A DNA stretch of 64,000 bases from Ranitomeya imitator. Taxonomy: Eukaryota. Of this stretch, positions 18,841 to 30,485 are shown piece by piece. The notes beneath the pieces were generated by a model. The model was not told the DNA's origin and did no database searches. It worked only from the letters and a program-made list of their open reading frames with translations. The stretch lies in contig NC_091284.1 of NCBI RefSeq assembly GCF_032444005.1, positions 11,780,001-11,844,000 on the forward strand, written 5' to 3'. The position numbers were made by a program, and so were the translations under genes. Each line of letters opens with the position of its first letter. Positions within the stretch are counted from its first letter, which is position 1.

Positions 18841-18909
18841 GTAGGTGACGTGGGTGGTGGGCGCGCGGAGGTCCTGACGTGACCTTTTCTCACTGCCTCT
18901 TACGTACAG

Positions 18910-18987
18910 GTTTGTGCTGCTGGTTTGGTTTCCCGGCCGCGGGGCTTGTGCCTGTCCTGCAGGGGGCGCCAGGCGGTGTTGTCAGAG
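18910..18987 (+). CDS. Unknown gene exon (VCAAGLVSRPRGLCLSCRGRQAVLSE)
   Basis: Pyrimidine tract + cag, GAG|gtgagt donor, 78 nt, phase 0/0; preceded by a 69-nt intron. Confidence 0.6.
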
Positions 18988-19176
18988 GTGAGTAGAGGAA
19001 CCCCTCTTTAGTTGTTCTGGTGGGGGTCCGTCCGTGATGCTGGATTGTACATGGAGGTGGTTCCCCCGTCATATAAACACACCACCAATCCCCTGATGTG
19101 CGGGGGCAGGGGGCTCTCGGCATATGGGGGGGATCTCATTAGACTGTGTGTAACGCCTCATGTTCTTTCTCGTCAG

Positions 19177-19267
19177 GTGTCTGCAGGTATAACGCACAAA
19201 CCCAGCAATCGACAGGCGGCAGCGGTTCGGAGGTCAGAGGAGCGCAGAGCTGCTGCAGACCTATTTA
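19177..19267 (+). CDS. Unknown gene exon (VSAGITHKPSNRQAAAVRRSEERRAAADLF)
   Basis: ttctttctcgtcag acceptor, TA|gtgagt donor, phase 0/1; fits the phase-1 acceptor at 21658. Confidence 0.5.
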
Positions 19268-19554
19268 GTGAGTTGTGGGGGAGGGAGTCACAATTATCTG
19301 ATATCGGGGGTCCGCCTGGCTCAAGTATAGGGGTCCCAGATATCCTGTTTTAACCATCAGCAGATTAATGTATCAGAAACTACCAATATCTGAGTAAAGG
19401 GGTAAAAATCCGATCGCCTCCTGTCTCCAGCAGAATATCTGTGCGTTCCGGAGAAGAGGGGACACGACAACTTATCGGGGGCCGAAGTGCGAACCGGCCA
19501 CAGACTGAAACCCGTGAGTGACGGCGGAAGAAACCGCAAACCTGATAATGACAC

Positions 19555-20565
19555 ATACACACCGGGCCTCGCCCACGCTGCTCCCTGATACACCGGGCGT
19601 CACCCACACTGCTCCCTGATACACCGGGCCTCGCCCACACTGCTCCCTGATACACCGGGCGTCACCCACACTGCTCCCTGATACACCGGGCGTCACCCAC
19701 ACCATCGCCTGATACACCGGGCCTCGCCCACACTGCTCCCTGATACACCGGGCGTCACCCACACCATCGCCTGATACACCGAGCCTCGCCCACACTGCTC
19801 CCTGATACACCGGGCGTCACCCACACTGCTCCCTGAAACACCGGGCGTCACCCACACCATCGCCTGATACACCGGGCCTCGCCCACACTGCTCCCTGATA
19901 CACCGGGCGTCACCCACACCATCGCCTGATACACCGAGCCTCGCCCACACTGCTCCCTGATACACCGGGCGTCACCCACACTGCTCCCTGAAACACCGGG
20001 CGTCACCCACACCATCGCCTGATACACCGGGCCTCGCCCACACTGCTCCCTGATACACCGGGCGTCACCCACACCATCGCCTGATACACCGGGCCTCGCC
20101 CACACTGCTCCCTGATACACCGGGCCTCGCCCACACTGCTCCCTGATACACCGGGCGTCACCCACACTGCTGCCTGATACACCGGGCGTCACCCACACCA
20201 TCGCCTGATACACCGGGCCTCGCCCACACTGCTCCCTGATACACCGGGCGTCACCCACACCATCGCCTGATACACCGGGCCTCACCCACACTGCTCCCTG
20301 ATACACCGGGCCTCACCCACACTGCTCCCTGATACACCGGGCCTCGCCCACACTGCTCCCTGATACACCGGGCGTCACCCACACTGCTCCCTGATACACC
20401 GGGCGTCACCCACACCATCGCCTGATACACCGGGCCTCGCCCACACTGCTCCCTGATACACCGGGCGTCACCCACACCATCGCCTGATACACCGGGCGTC
20501 ACCCACACTGCTCCCTGATACACCGGGCCTCGCCCACACTGCTCCCTGATACACCGGGCCTCACC
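19555..20565. repeat. 28-bp minisatellite
   Basis: Unit ctgatacaccgggcgtcacccacactgctcc with variants. Confidence 0.93.
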
Positions 20566-20699
20566 GCGGAGAACATGGGGCCAACCGTCAGGATAGAAAC
20601 TTGCTACTAATATACAAGTGATATTACTGAGAAGTGGAGACCCTGTAATTTTAGTGGGGGGGCTGAGTGAGACAAAAGTCTCCACTGCTCTGCTGCCCC

Positions 20700-20920
20700 A
20701 TAACTGCAGGGTCCAGACCTCCTCTGGTATCAGCACAAACTGCGCCCCGCCAGGAGCTTCGTGGCCGAGCAGGTGCATGCAGCCGTACATCACCAAGCAC
20801 AATGGCGAGCGTTTGATGGAGTGGTGTAAATCTGCCATCACTGGACTGTGGAGGAGACCGGTTCTGTGCAGTGACGGATCGCACTTCTCTGATGGAGTAG
20901 TCTGGGTTTGGTGATGGGGG
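20700..20920 (+). mobile_element. Tc1 transposase remnant
   Basis: PYITKHNGERLMEWCK...VLCSDGSHF resembles the Tc1 HTH-to-DDE segment. Confidence 0.6.
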
Positions 20921-21134
20921 GGGGGGGTTCAATGTTGAGGATTCGCCCGGGGCTGTAGGAAGTTTCCCCCATCATTGGTGTCTGTTCCTTCCTGGGTCCT
21001 GGCGGCTTCAGGAGCACAACAGTGTGGAGGCGGCCAACAAAGTGATGGCTTAGCCAGCCCCCTCCTCAGAGCTGATGACTAGACAGAGGGGTGGCTATTG
21101 GGACGAACGTCAGCAAGTAGTGACAGTCTTAGGC

Positions 21135-21482
21135 TGACCCTCTCCTGGGCCCCGCAGGGTCTGCTGTCCTCTCCTGGGCCCCGCAGGGTCTGCTGTCCTC
21201 TCCTGGGCCCCGCAGGGTCTGCTGTCCTCTCCTCTCCTGGGCCCCGCAGGGTCTGCTGTCCTCTCCTCTCCTGGGCCCCGCAGGGTCTGCTGTCCTCTCC
21301 TCTCCTGGGCCCCGCAGGGTCTGCTGTCCTCTCCTCTCCTGGGCCCCGCAGGGTCTGCTGTCCTCTCCTCTCCTGGGCCCCGCAGGGTCTGCTGTCCTCT
21401 CCTCTCCTGGGCCCCGCAGGGTCTGCTGTCCTCTCCTCTCCTGGGCCCCGCAGGGTCTGCTGTCCTCTCCTCTCCTGGGCCC
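21135..21482. repeat. 29/34-bp minisatellite mimicking the downstream splice acceptor
   Basis: 10 copies of ccccgcagggtct within ctctcctgggccccgcagggtctgctgtcctctc. Confidence 0.9.
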
Positions 21483-21641
21483 TCCTCAGAGCTGATGTAT
21501 AATGTGTCTTTGGGGGTGGCTCGCCTATTGGGACGAGCGTCGTCCTCCTTCACACTCAGAGCACCGCTCGGGTCACATGCTGACGTGGGCACAGGGGCAA
21601 AGAGTGAAGTTCTGTGGCTGACCCTCACTCTCTCCCCGCAG

Positions 21642-21810
21642 GGTCTCCCCTCCTCAGCCCCGCACGGCGTCCTCTCCTCGGCTCAGCAGCTGAAGAATTC
21701 TCTGAAGAAGGATTTGGAGACTCATCAGCTTTATCTCAGTGCCATAGAGACCCGGCTGAGCGGCCTGGAGCGCCGGGCACAGGACGTCACCAAGCGCCTG
21801 GAGCGAGCCA
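21642..21810 (+). CDS. Unknown gene exon, coiled coil (SAQQLKNSLKKDLETHQLYLSAIETRLSGLERRAQDVTKRLERA)
   Basis: Heptad pattern; tandem acceptors at 21642 (phase 0) and 21658 (phase 1); CCA|gtaagt donor, phase 1. Confidence 0.8.
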
Positions 21811-21821
21811 GTAAGTGAGGG

Positions 21822-22085
21822 TACTACCCCCCATCATCCTCCTTCACCTGATGCACTACTCCCCCATCATCCTCTTTCATCTGATGCACTACTCACCCCC
21901 CATCATCCTCCTTCATCTGATGCACTACTCACCCCCATCATCCTCCTTCATCTGATGCACTACTCACCCCCATCATCCTCCTTCATCTGATGCACTACTC
22001 ACCCCCATCATCCTCCTTCATCTGATGCACTACTCACCCCCATCATCCTCCTTCATCTGATGCACTACTCCCCCCATCATCCTCC
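21822..22085. repeat. 35-bp minisatellite filling a 286-bp intron
   Basis: Unit tactcacccccatcatcctccttcatctgatgcac. Confidence 0.92.
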
Positions 22086-22096
22086 CTGTGCTGCAG

Positions 22097-22242
22097 ATCT
22101 GGAGCTGGAAGCCATTAAACAAGGCAGCGTCGCCCTGAAGACCCTCGTGGACGAGCCGACCTCTTCTCCGGTGATAGAACTTGTGGACGGTCTGTGGGAG
22201 GGTTTACTGCGGTGCGGAGTGACGGGGCAGAGCGCGTGGCCG
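22097..22242 (+). CDS. Unknown gene exon (NLELEAIKQGSVALKTLVDEPTSSPVIELVDGLWEGLLRCGVTGQSAWP)
   Basis: ctgcag acceptor, CCG|gtatgt donor, phase 1/0. Confidence 0.75.
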
Positions 22243-22435
22243 GTATGTACAGTGCAGAACCTGAGGAAGGGAGTACACCCCCGGAGTCAATAGATTGCAG
22301 AAGCTTCTGGTCAAGGAATCATTGTCATGATATGTAAATGACAGCTCGGGGGGTGTACTTACTTACTGTGCATGGTCATGTCCACGGCTGCAGGCGTTGG
22401 TTGCACTTCTTATATTGGACTTTTCCTCCCTTCAG

Positions 22436-22558
22436 GGTTTGTGCAGAAGGAAAGACCCCGAGCGGCGCGGGGCCAGGGATCATCCAGCAGGTGGCGGCAG
22501 CGTGCACCCGAGGGAAGACGTGTGGCGCGGACTGTCCAGCTGTCAGCGGCACGTGGAT
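22436..22558 (+). CDS. Unknown gene exon (GLCRRKDPERRG...EDVWRGLSSCQRHVD)
   Basis: ttttcctcccttcag acceptor, GAT|gtgagt donor, 123 nt, phase 0/0. Confidence 0.7.
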
Positions 22559-22917
22559 GTGAGTGAGGGGCGCGGGGGACGCGATATCAGCCCCCAATAT
22601 AAGGGGAGGTGCAGGGCAGAAAAGGGATCAGACAACTCCCAGTTTCATCATTCACTAAGATCTCTGCTTGCTGCCGGTGAATTGAACACATGGAGGGTCT
22701 GCTGATCACAGCTGCAGCTCTGGTACAATGTGGTCTAGAAGCAATTGTAGCAAACCCTCAGCTGTGAGTCAGTGTTGGGCCTGTGCCGGTTCTCGGCCTG
22801 TAATCTGCTGCTGCTGCGGCCGACCCTTGTGCGCAGGCTAGTCCAGAGTGGGTCTGCTGGGATTTGTAGTTCTCCAGTATCCGACTCACATCTTGCACTT
22901 TGTCTTCTCCTTTCCAG

Positions 22918-23004
22918 GTCCTCTTACAGCAGATAACGAGGCAAATTGACCAGATGGAAAGCGACATAAAGGTGACGTCCGCGCTGCGCCATAACGCCAG
23001 GTAG
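22918..23004 (+). CDS. Unknown gene terminal coding exon (VLLQQITRQIDQMESDIKVTSALRHNAR*)
   Basis: Long pyrimidine tract + cag; TAG at 23002-23004; AATAAA at 23108-23113. Confidence 0.7.
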   Translation, partial: VLLQQITRQIDQMESDIKVTSALRHNAR

Positions 23005-23333
23005 CGAGGCCGCGGAGCGCCCGTCAGTCATCTCACCGCGGCGCGCCCATCAGCCATCTTCATCTCACTGAAAAGCACTAGTCTCAGATTTCATAATTGT
23101 CATATTTAATAAACGTATTTATTAACTGCAGGAGCTGCGCTCGATCTGAGTTTCTCATGAACCGCAGAGATTGTCTTTCATCCGCCGTCACTGGCGGCCG
23201 CACAGCCTGAGAAATGGCCGCAAGCTGAAATGCTGCCACTAGGGGGCGCTCTGTATACTGAGGGCTGTAGTCACACCTGTGCGCAGAGCTCCCCCTAGTG
23301 GTGGCCGCTGACGGGCACAATCCAGACTTTTAA

Positions 23334-23596
23334 CCCTGTTATGACCATATAACAAACACGACCGCACAGGGGCCGACTATCCGCCGGCGGGAGCAGTGAC
23401 ACCTCTGGCTCCAATCTGACGTTTAACCATTTAGATGCCGTGGTCAGTCACGAACAGCAGGTTTTGAAGCGATTGTTGGTTGCACTAGCAGCAGCGGTCT
23501 GCGGGGGGCGCTGAAGCCCTTCATAGGAAACCGTCAATTACACCAAATCCTACAGAACTGGTAAAAAATAATTATACTGTCCTGGTCATGAATGGG
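23334..23596. mobile_element. TTAA-flanked piggyBac-type MITE
   Basis: TTAA-CCCTGTTATGACCA ... TGGTCATGAATGGG-TTAA. Confidence 0.75.
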
Positions 23597-24127
23597 TTAA
23601 TGGTCGGACCCCTCTCGCATTCTATAACTAATGAAGCCCAAATATCAGACCCCAATATGGCTTCTGTGCCCCGCCGGTCCGTCCACGCTCCCGGCTTGTG
23701 TTCCCGGCGGGTTCGGGTTGTGCAGACTTTCATTAACACCGGATAATAATGCGGTAAATCGGCCCTGGTGTTATCGGGGGGCCGGGGAAGTCTGGGTTGC
23801 CCCCCAAGCTGTGCATTATACCCCCGGACACAGTCACAAGCGGCCGCTGAGCAGAGGGTTAATGGGAGCAGCAGACGTGTAAGCGGAGACGGCACACGCC
23901 GACCGACCGGCTATTTATACATGACCCGTCCTGTCACACGGCGAGCGGCTGCACCAACATGAGGGCAAAAGAGGCAAAGTGAGCGGACCCCCAGCGACAG
24001 GTGAGGAGCCCCAGAATGGAGGGGTCTAGGTGGGCAACACAGGACGGGGGGCAGAGACTGGGAAACAAGTGCGGATGGGCCGCTGTACGGACAGAGGAGG
24101 CAACGAGGGTACGGGGAATACAAGGAA

Positions 24128-24740
24128 GGGCACCGGGGACACGGCAGGAAGGATATACATGGGGGGGGGGGGACACGGCAGGAAGGATATACACTAAGGG
24201 GGGCATCGGGGACAGGAAGGATATACACTGAGGGGGCACCGGGGACACGGCAGGAAGGATATACATGGAGGGGGGGACACGGCAGGAAGGATATACATGG
24301 GGGGGCACAGGGGCCAGGAAGGATATACACAGAGGGGGGCACGGCAGGAAGGATATACACTGAGGGGGCACCGGGGACACGGCAGGAAGGATATACATGG
24401 AGGGGGCACAACATGAAGGATATACACTGAGGGGGCATCAGGGACAGGAAGGATATACACAGAGGGGGGCACGGCAGGAAGGATATACACTGAGGGGGCA
24501 CGGGGGACATGAAGGATATACACTGAGGGGGCACCGGGGACACGGCAGGAAGGATATACACCGAGGGGGCACCGGGGACAGGAAGGCTATACACCGAGGG
24601 GGCACCGGGGACAGGAAGGCTATACACTGAGGGGGCACGGGGGACATGAAGGATATACACCGAGGGGGCACCGGGGACAGGAAGGCTATACACTGAGGGG
24701 GCACGGCATGAAGGCTATACACTGAGGGGGCACCGGGAGC
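24128..24740. repeat. G-rich minisatellite, about 33-38 bp
   Basis: Unit gggggcaccggggacacggcaggaaggatatacactga. Confidence 0.9.
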
Positions 24741-24867
24741 AGAACACAGGAATATACAGCACCGTGTAAAAGTCTTAGGCAGGTGTGGAGTAGATGCTGC
24801 AGAGTAAGAAGCTTCATATATAAGAGCTAATGGTTTATTTTTATCAATTAACAAACTAAAAAAAAGA

Positions 24868-25182
24868 GACCGCCCATCACCTCCATCAGTATCTGGTGAC
24901 CGCCCATCACCTCCATCATCAGTATCTGGTGACCGCCCGTCACCTCCATCATCAGTATCTGGTGACCGCCCGTCACCTCCATCATCAGTGTCTGGTGACC
25001 GCCCGTCACCTCCATCATCAGTGTCTGGTGACCGCCCATCACCTCCATCATCAGTATCTGGTGACCGCCCGTCACCTCCATCATCAGTGTCTGGTGACCG
25101 CCCGTCACCTCCATCATCAGTGTCTGGTGACCGCCCATCACCTCCGTCATCAGTATCTGGTGACCGCCCGTCACCTCCATCA
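24868..25182. repeat. 33-bp minisatellite
   Basis: Unit gaccgcccgtcacctccatcatcagtatctggt. Confidence 0.92.
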
Positions 25183-25579
25183 CTTCTTCTCATTTGTACA
25201 CAGTTCATACTTCTGTGTATGATTCTTGTGCGAATCCTTCTGTCTGATCCCACACAGAGGGGATGATGGGAGATCAGGGCTCCGGATCATCTCCCCCAGG
25301 ATTCCTCCTTATTAGTGACATTGGCTGGATGTTGGGGGTTGTTGTCCGGCTGCAGATAGTTATCATGTAGTGCCATCAGGGTATTTTGCAGAAGAGAAAA
25401 AGAGTTTGTAGCCAGCTCACCGGTAAACAAAGAGAAAAAGAGTTTGTAGCCAGCTCACCGGTAATTTTGCAGAAGGACAACGACCCCCAATATCCAGAGC
25501 ATGTCAATGAGATTGATCTTCAGTGTATGGAATAACATGGAGTCCGGCGCAAGGAGGATTTGCACAAACAGAAGTTTCC

Positions 25580-26125
25580 TGTCATGATCCAGGCCGGGGT
25601 TTGTCTTTCCCAGTCTGGTCATGTCAGGGGTTAGCTTTCTCAGCCTGGTTCCCGTGTCCGGTCTGCTATATATCTGTGCTGTTCCCTGTTATATTGCTGG
25701 CCTTCGGCGGGCTAGCTGGCTCTGGTGAGTTCCTGATCTGTCCTGCTGCACTCAGTTAACCCGACCCTTGTTTGTTTATCTCCCGCCTACCTGTCTCAGC
25801 TCCTTATTTCCCTGTTTGTTTGGATCTCCCGATACCTGACTTTGGCTTGACTCTACCTGATTTTATCTCACTCCTAGTATTTCTGCTACTGACTGGTACT
25901 GACCCTTGCTCTCCTCAGACTCCGCTCCTCGGGTTTTCCCTTTTGTACTGCCTTTTCCCCTGGTATTGACTCGGCCCTCTGACTACTCTGCTGCCACCTG
26001 GTGGTGGCTTCGCTGTACTGCTGTGGGACTACTTCTCAGCAGGATATTTAGCTCACTCTTCACTCTGTTGCCATCTAGTGGAGCTTGCGTTACTCTGCAT
26101 TAACCCTCAGCAGTATAGCGTGACA
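25580..26125. mobile_element. Solo LTR (546 bp)
   Basis: TGT...ACA termini with an exact 5-bp TSD TTTCC (25575-25579, 26126-26130); no internal ORF. Confidence 0.8.
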
Positions 26126-26389
26126 TTTCCGTTCTTAAATGAATCTGTTTTTATCCTGAAAATGCAAAACAGATGGAAACTGAAGAAGTAAAAACGAAAC
26201 CATTGAAGTGAACGGGAGCGATAACTGAAAATTTTATATCTGTTTTCTACTGCTCAAACGGATTGGTGAAAATAGCCTAAGGGCTCACAGAAATGCATGA
26301 ACCGGTCACGCTCCGGTCGGGAGGCTCTCGGCCAGTCTGTGCCTTGCAGTCTGAGATTGGACCAATTTTCAACTGAATAAGCCCTAAGT

Positions 26390-28480
26390 GTTTTTTTTTC
26401 TTATCTCACTCAGAGCTGAATTTACAGCTATACACCTCAGTACTGCTGTGCAATGTCCTGATGCTGCTCCAAGTAAGTATTCTAACCACAGAGCTGGATT
26501 CACAGCAATACCTCTCTGTACTGCTGTATGTCTTCCGTGCTGCTGTTGATTTCTTTTTAAGTGCTTTACTTTATCTTGCCACAGTGCTGATTTCACAGCT
26601 ATACTTTTCAGTACTACGGTAGAATGCTCTCCATAGCACTGCTTTTTGGTAAGTGTGTTTAATCACATCCCAGTGCTGAATACACAGCTACACTGCTTAC
26701 TAGTTCTGCACAATGTTATCCGTGCTGCATTTAGTGACTGTTCAATCTCACCGCAGTGCTTTATTCACATCTACACTGCTAAATACTGTACATTGTTCTC
26801 TATGCTACTGCTGCTCTTATAGTAAGCGTTTTATCACATCTGAGTACTGCATGCACAGCTGCACTGCTCACTACTGTTGCACAATGTCATCCATGCCGCT
26901 GTTGCTGCATTTAGTGACTGTAATCTCACCCTGTGCTTGATTCACATTTACACTGCTAAATTCTGATGTATAATGTTCTCCATGCTACTGCTGCATTTAC
27001 ACATCCCAGTGCTGAATACACAGCTATACTGCTCATTGCTACTGCAAAATGACATCCATGCTGCTGGTGCTGCATTTAGTGATTTATTTCACCTCAGTGC
27101 TTGATTCACATCTACACTTCTAAATACTGCTGTGTAATGTTCTCCATGCTGCTGCTCTTATAGTAAGTGCTTTTTCTCCCTTAAAGACTGGATTTACAGC
27201 TACACTAATTAGTACTATGTTATAATATAATGTCCTCTATGGTGATGCTGTTTCCAGTAAGTGTTTGCCTCACACCATAGCTGGATTCACAGCTACACTG
27301 CTCAGTACTGCTGTGTAATGTCCTTCATGCTGCTTCTGAACACGTGCTCAATAGAGACGAGAGCATGAATCCCTCATGTCTGAGTTTGCTGTGAATAGGA
27401 GGCATCACAGCCAATGGTCTCCAGTTAGTAGGTCAGAGATGACTGAAAGTTAGAAAGGAGAAAACTGGTGAAAATTCAGGATAGAAGGAAATGTTCCTCG
27501 TGTACACAGGACGGCTTTTTCTGAGCAGTCGCCTGAACTAGTAATTTTTTATGATAAGTTATTATAAACTTCTCTATTCACAGATGAGATCTGAATAATT
27601 CCTGGCTGGAGGTGAAGACTGAACGACCATGGTGAGTGCTATCAACCAGTATGATTGCCATAACACCCATCAAACCAGTCGTCTCTATGGAGCAGTCTGA
27701 TTTGGGGCCGGTGTCTCACAATTTGATATGTATCTTCAGACTTTGCTGCATTTTGCTACTTAAATCTTCATGAAAACTGCTTGTACTGACCTTGAGTGAC
27801 ATTTTCTGCTCCAGTCACGCCCAAAGCTTTGGTAGTGATTGGAATTATACTCCATATGTACTGTATATAAAAGTGTGCAAGAACACTGGATCTTATGTTG
27901 TGAAATAATAGCAAATGCTGGTTTCCAGAACTGGATTTACAGCTACAGTGCTCAGTCCCGCTATATAATGTCCTCTATGCTGCTGCTTTCTAGAATTCTC
28001 AGCTACGCTACTCAGTACTACTGTTTATGGTTCTTCATAGTTCAGCTGTTATAGTCAGTGTTTTATCTCAGAGTGTTGTATTCACAGCTACTGTGTTCAG
28101 TACTGCTGTATATGGTCTTCCATGCTGCTGTATATTGTCATCCATGATGCAGCTGTATAGTAACTTTATCACATAGTGCTGTATTTCCAGCTACACTGCT
28201 TAGTACTGTTGTATAATGTCCTCCATGATATTGATGTTTTCTAGTAAGTGTTTATTATCTCACCCCAGTGCTGGTTTCCCAGGTACATTACACAGTACTA
28301 CTGTTTACTATACCCCATGGTTCAGCTTTCCAGTGAGTGTTTTTATCTCACGGAGTGCTGGATTGGCTTCTACATTGTCCTGTACTGCTGTATGTTTTCT
28401 TAAAGGATGCAACCTTCCAGTAAGTGTTTTATCAAACCCAATGCTGGATTCACAGCTACTATGTTCAGTATGTTCAGTAC
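26390..28480. repeat. Old, highly diverged tandem-like repeat field around the FBXO40 start exon
   Basis: Recurrent ctggattcacagctatactgctcagtactgctg...aatgtcc motifs at roughly 100-130 bp spacing. Confidence 0.6.
27584..27631 (+). CDS. FBXO40: FBXO40 start exon (5' UTR plus ATG at 27629-27631)
   Basis: tctctattcacag acceptor; gaccATG|gtgagt; supplies the Met missing from the next exon. Confidence 0.8.
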
Positions 28481-28592
28481 CATGCTGCTACTTCTTTCTA
28501 TTATATGCTATTTTGTATAGTATGGTAATTGTTGTATATATAAATAATTCATTAAATAAATTATTTTACCTCTTTTTTTTAATGACCCTTAG

Positions 28593-30485
28593 GGAAGGAC
28601 CCAGCGGCCTCCACCTGGACAGCATCGGCACTGCCAGAACTGCTTCAACAAGCGCTGCAATGCTCCTATCAATACTGGTGTCTCCTGTATTGTAATCAAC
28701 TGCAAGCTGCACTGCGGTGCCACCTTCCACATGTGCAAAGAGGATGAACATCATCTTCTGTGCCCCAACGAGTGGGTGCCTTGCTTGAACTCTGTATTTG
28801 GCTGCCCTTTTTCAATGTCCCGATGCAAACAGGCGAAACATTTGAGGGTCTGTCCAGCAAGCGTGGTCTGCTGCTCCATGGATTGGAACCGATGGCCGAC
28901 TATTCTCAAGCCTCAGCCACTTTACAAGAATCTTCTGCAGGAAGAGGTTGGAGAGGAATGTCTGGACGTGGCCCTGACATTGAGAGACCAGAAGATTCTC
29001 TTTAGCTCCCTGAAAATGGCCGAACTTTATCCGGAACTCTCCGAGGATCCAAAAGACACAATCATTTTAGGTCCATCTGAGTCAGAGCAGGAGGAGGGTG
29101 CAGTCGGGGGTTCAGATCCAGAGAAGGTGGACAATGGTCAGATGGTTGGGCTGACTCAGTATGAGCGAGAAGCCTTGGCCCGGGGACAGGGCGACATGGA
29201 TTTAGAAAAGTTCAAAGTGTGGGACACTATATTTAGCAAAGAGATGAAAGCGGCCAAGTATCTGCAGTCTGGTACTGGTCCGACTGGCAGCAAACTGCCT
29301 GACGCAAGCAAAACACCCGGCAACAAACCCAAAACAGAAACCGAGAACAACCAAGACCCGAACGAAGGCAAAAAAGCAGAAGAAGCGGCTAAGCTGTCGA
29401 TGGTCGATCTTGAGAAGACAGGGTTTGCTCCGTGGCAAGAGGGCGTCCTGGAGAGACTGAAAACTGAGGTGGATTGTGGGAGTTTCAACATGTACCTGGT
29501 GCACCATGGCAGTATGCTGATAAGATTCGGGCAGATTGCCGCGTGCACCCCCAAAGAGAAGGACTTTGTTTACGGCAAACTGGAAGCCCAAGAGGTGAAG
29601 ACGGTGTGCACCTTCAAGATACCGACCAGCTACTGCGGCAAGAGGGCGAAACTTGGGGATGACAGCAGCAAGAAGGAGAAAGCTGAGAAACTGATGGACA
29701 CCTCCGACCTAGGAGTCCCAGTAGACAAGTTGCCACTGACCGAAACTATCAGCACTACTTTATTAGTGGCTCTCGAGAGGGAGGTGAGGGGTCACGCCGT
29801 GTCTCAGATGAAAGCGCTCGATGGCTTGCTCATTGACTTAGGAACCCAGACTTATGACTTCGGAGTTGATCCTTTCACCCACAAGACTGTTCTATTAGAC
29901 CTCCTGGCCGAGAAGAAGATGAGAAGTTTAGGTCTGTACTTGGACATCGAGAGCGAGTGTGTGAGCACCAGACACAACAAGTCCAACTCCTCCTTTACCT
30001 TCTCCTGTAACCTCTTCTTCCGCCGGGACGAGATTGCGTCACATTTCAGGAACGTCCACTCGGACATACAGTCCTGCCTGGACGGGTGGTTCCAGCAACG
30101 TTGCCCTCTTTCCTACTTGGGTTGCACCTTCATACTGAACAGGTTTCAGGCCGCGGGGCAAAGGTCACAGGTCATCTACAGCAATCACATGAAGACGTTT
30201 GCAATGAAACCGCTGGTGGACGAGACTTTATATGAAGGTGTAAGACCCAATCTGTCCCGAAGCCACCGAGGGAAAAGCAAGGACTCTCTCAGTAACCTGC
30301 CGCTGGAGGTCCTGCAGCACATCGCTGGCTTCCTGGACAGCTTCAGCCTGTGTCAGCTCTCACAGGTGTCGTCCCTCATGAGAGATATCTGCGCCTCGCT
30401 GTTACAGGAGAGGGGGATGGTCCATCTGTACTGGGAGAAGAAGACTTACTCCCATGGAGGAACGTCATGGAGATGCCGTAAGAAG
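28593..30485 (+). CDS. FBXO40: F-box protein 40, main exon (TRAF-type Zn finger to F-box)
   Basis: GRTQRPPPGQHRHCQNCFNKRC...CGATFHMCKEDEHHLLCP...CPASVVCCSMDWNRWP; F-box LSNLPLEVLQHIAGFLDSFSLCQLSQVS; 1893 nt, AAG|gtgggt donor. Confidence 0.96.

Noticed and set aside
25391-25465. Duplicated 38-bp segment with CCG|gtaa donors as a possible FBXO40 exon 1
   Set aside because: No supporting promoter evidence; cannot be distinguished from a neutral local duplication.
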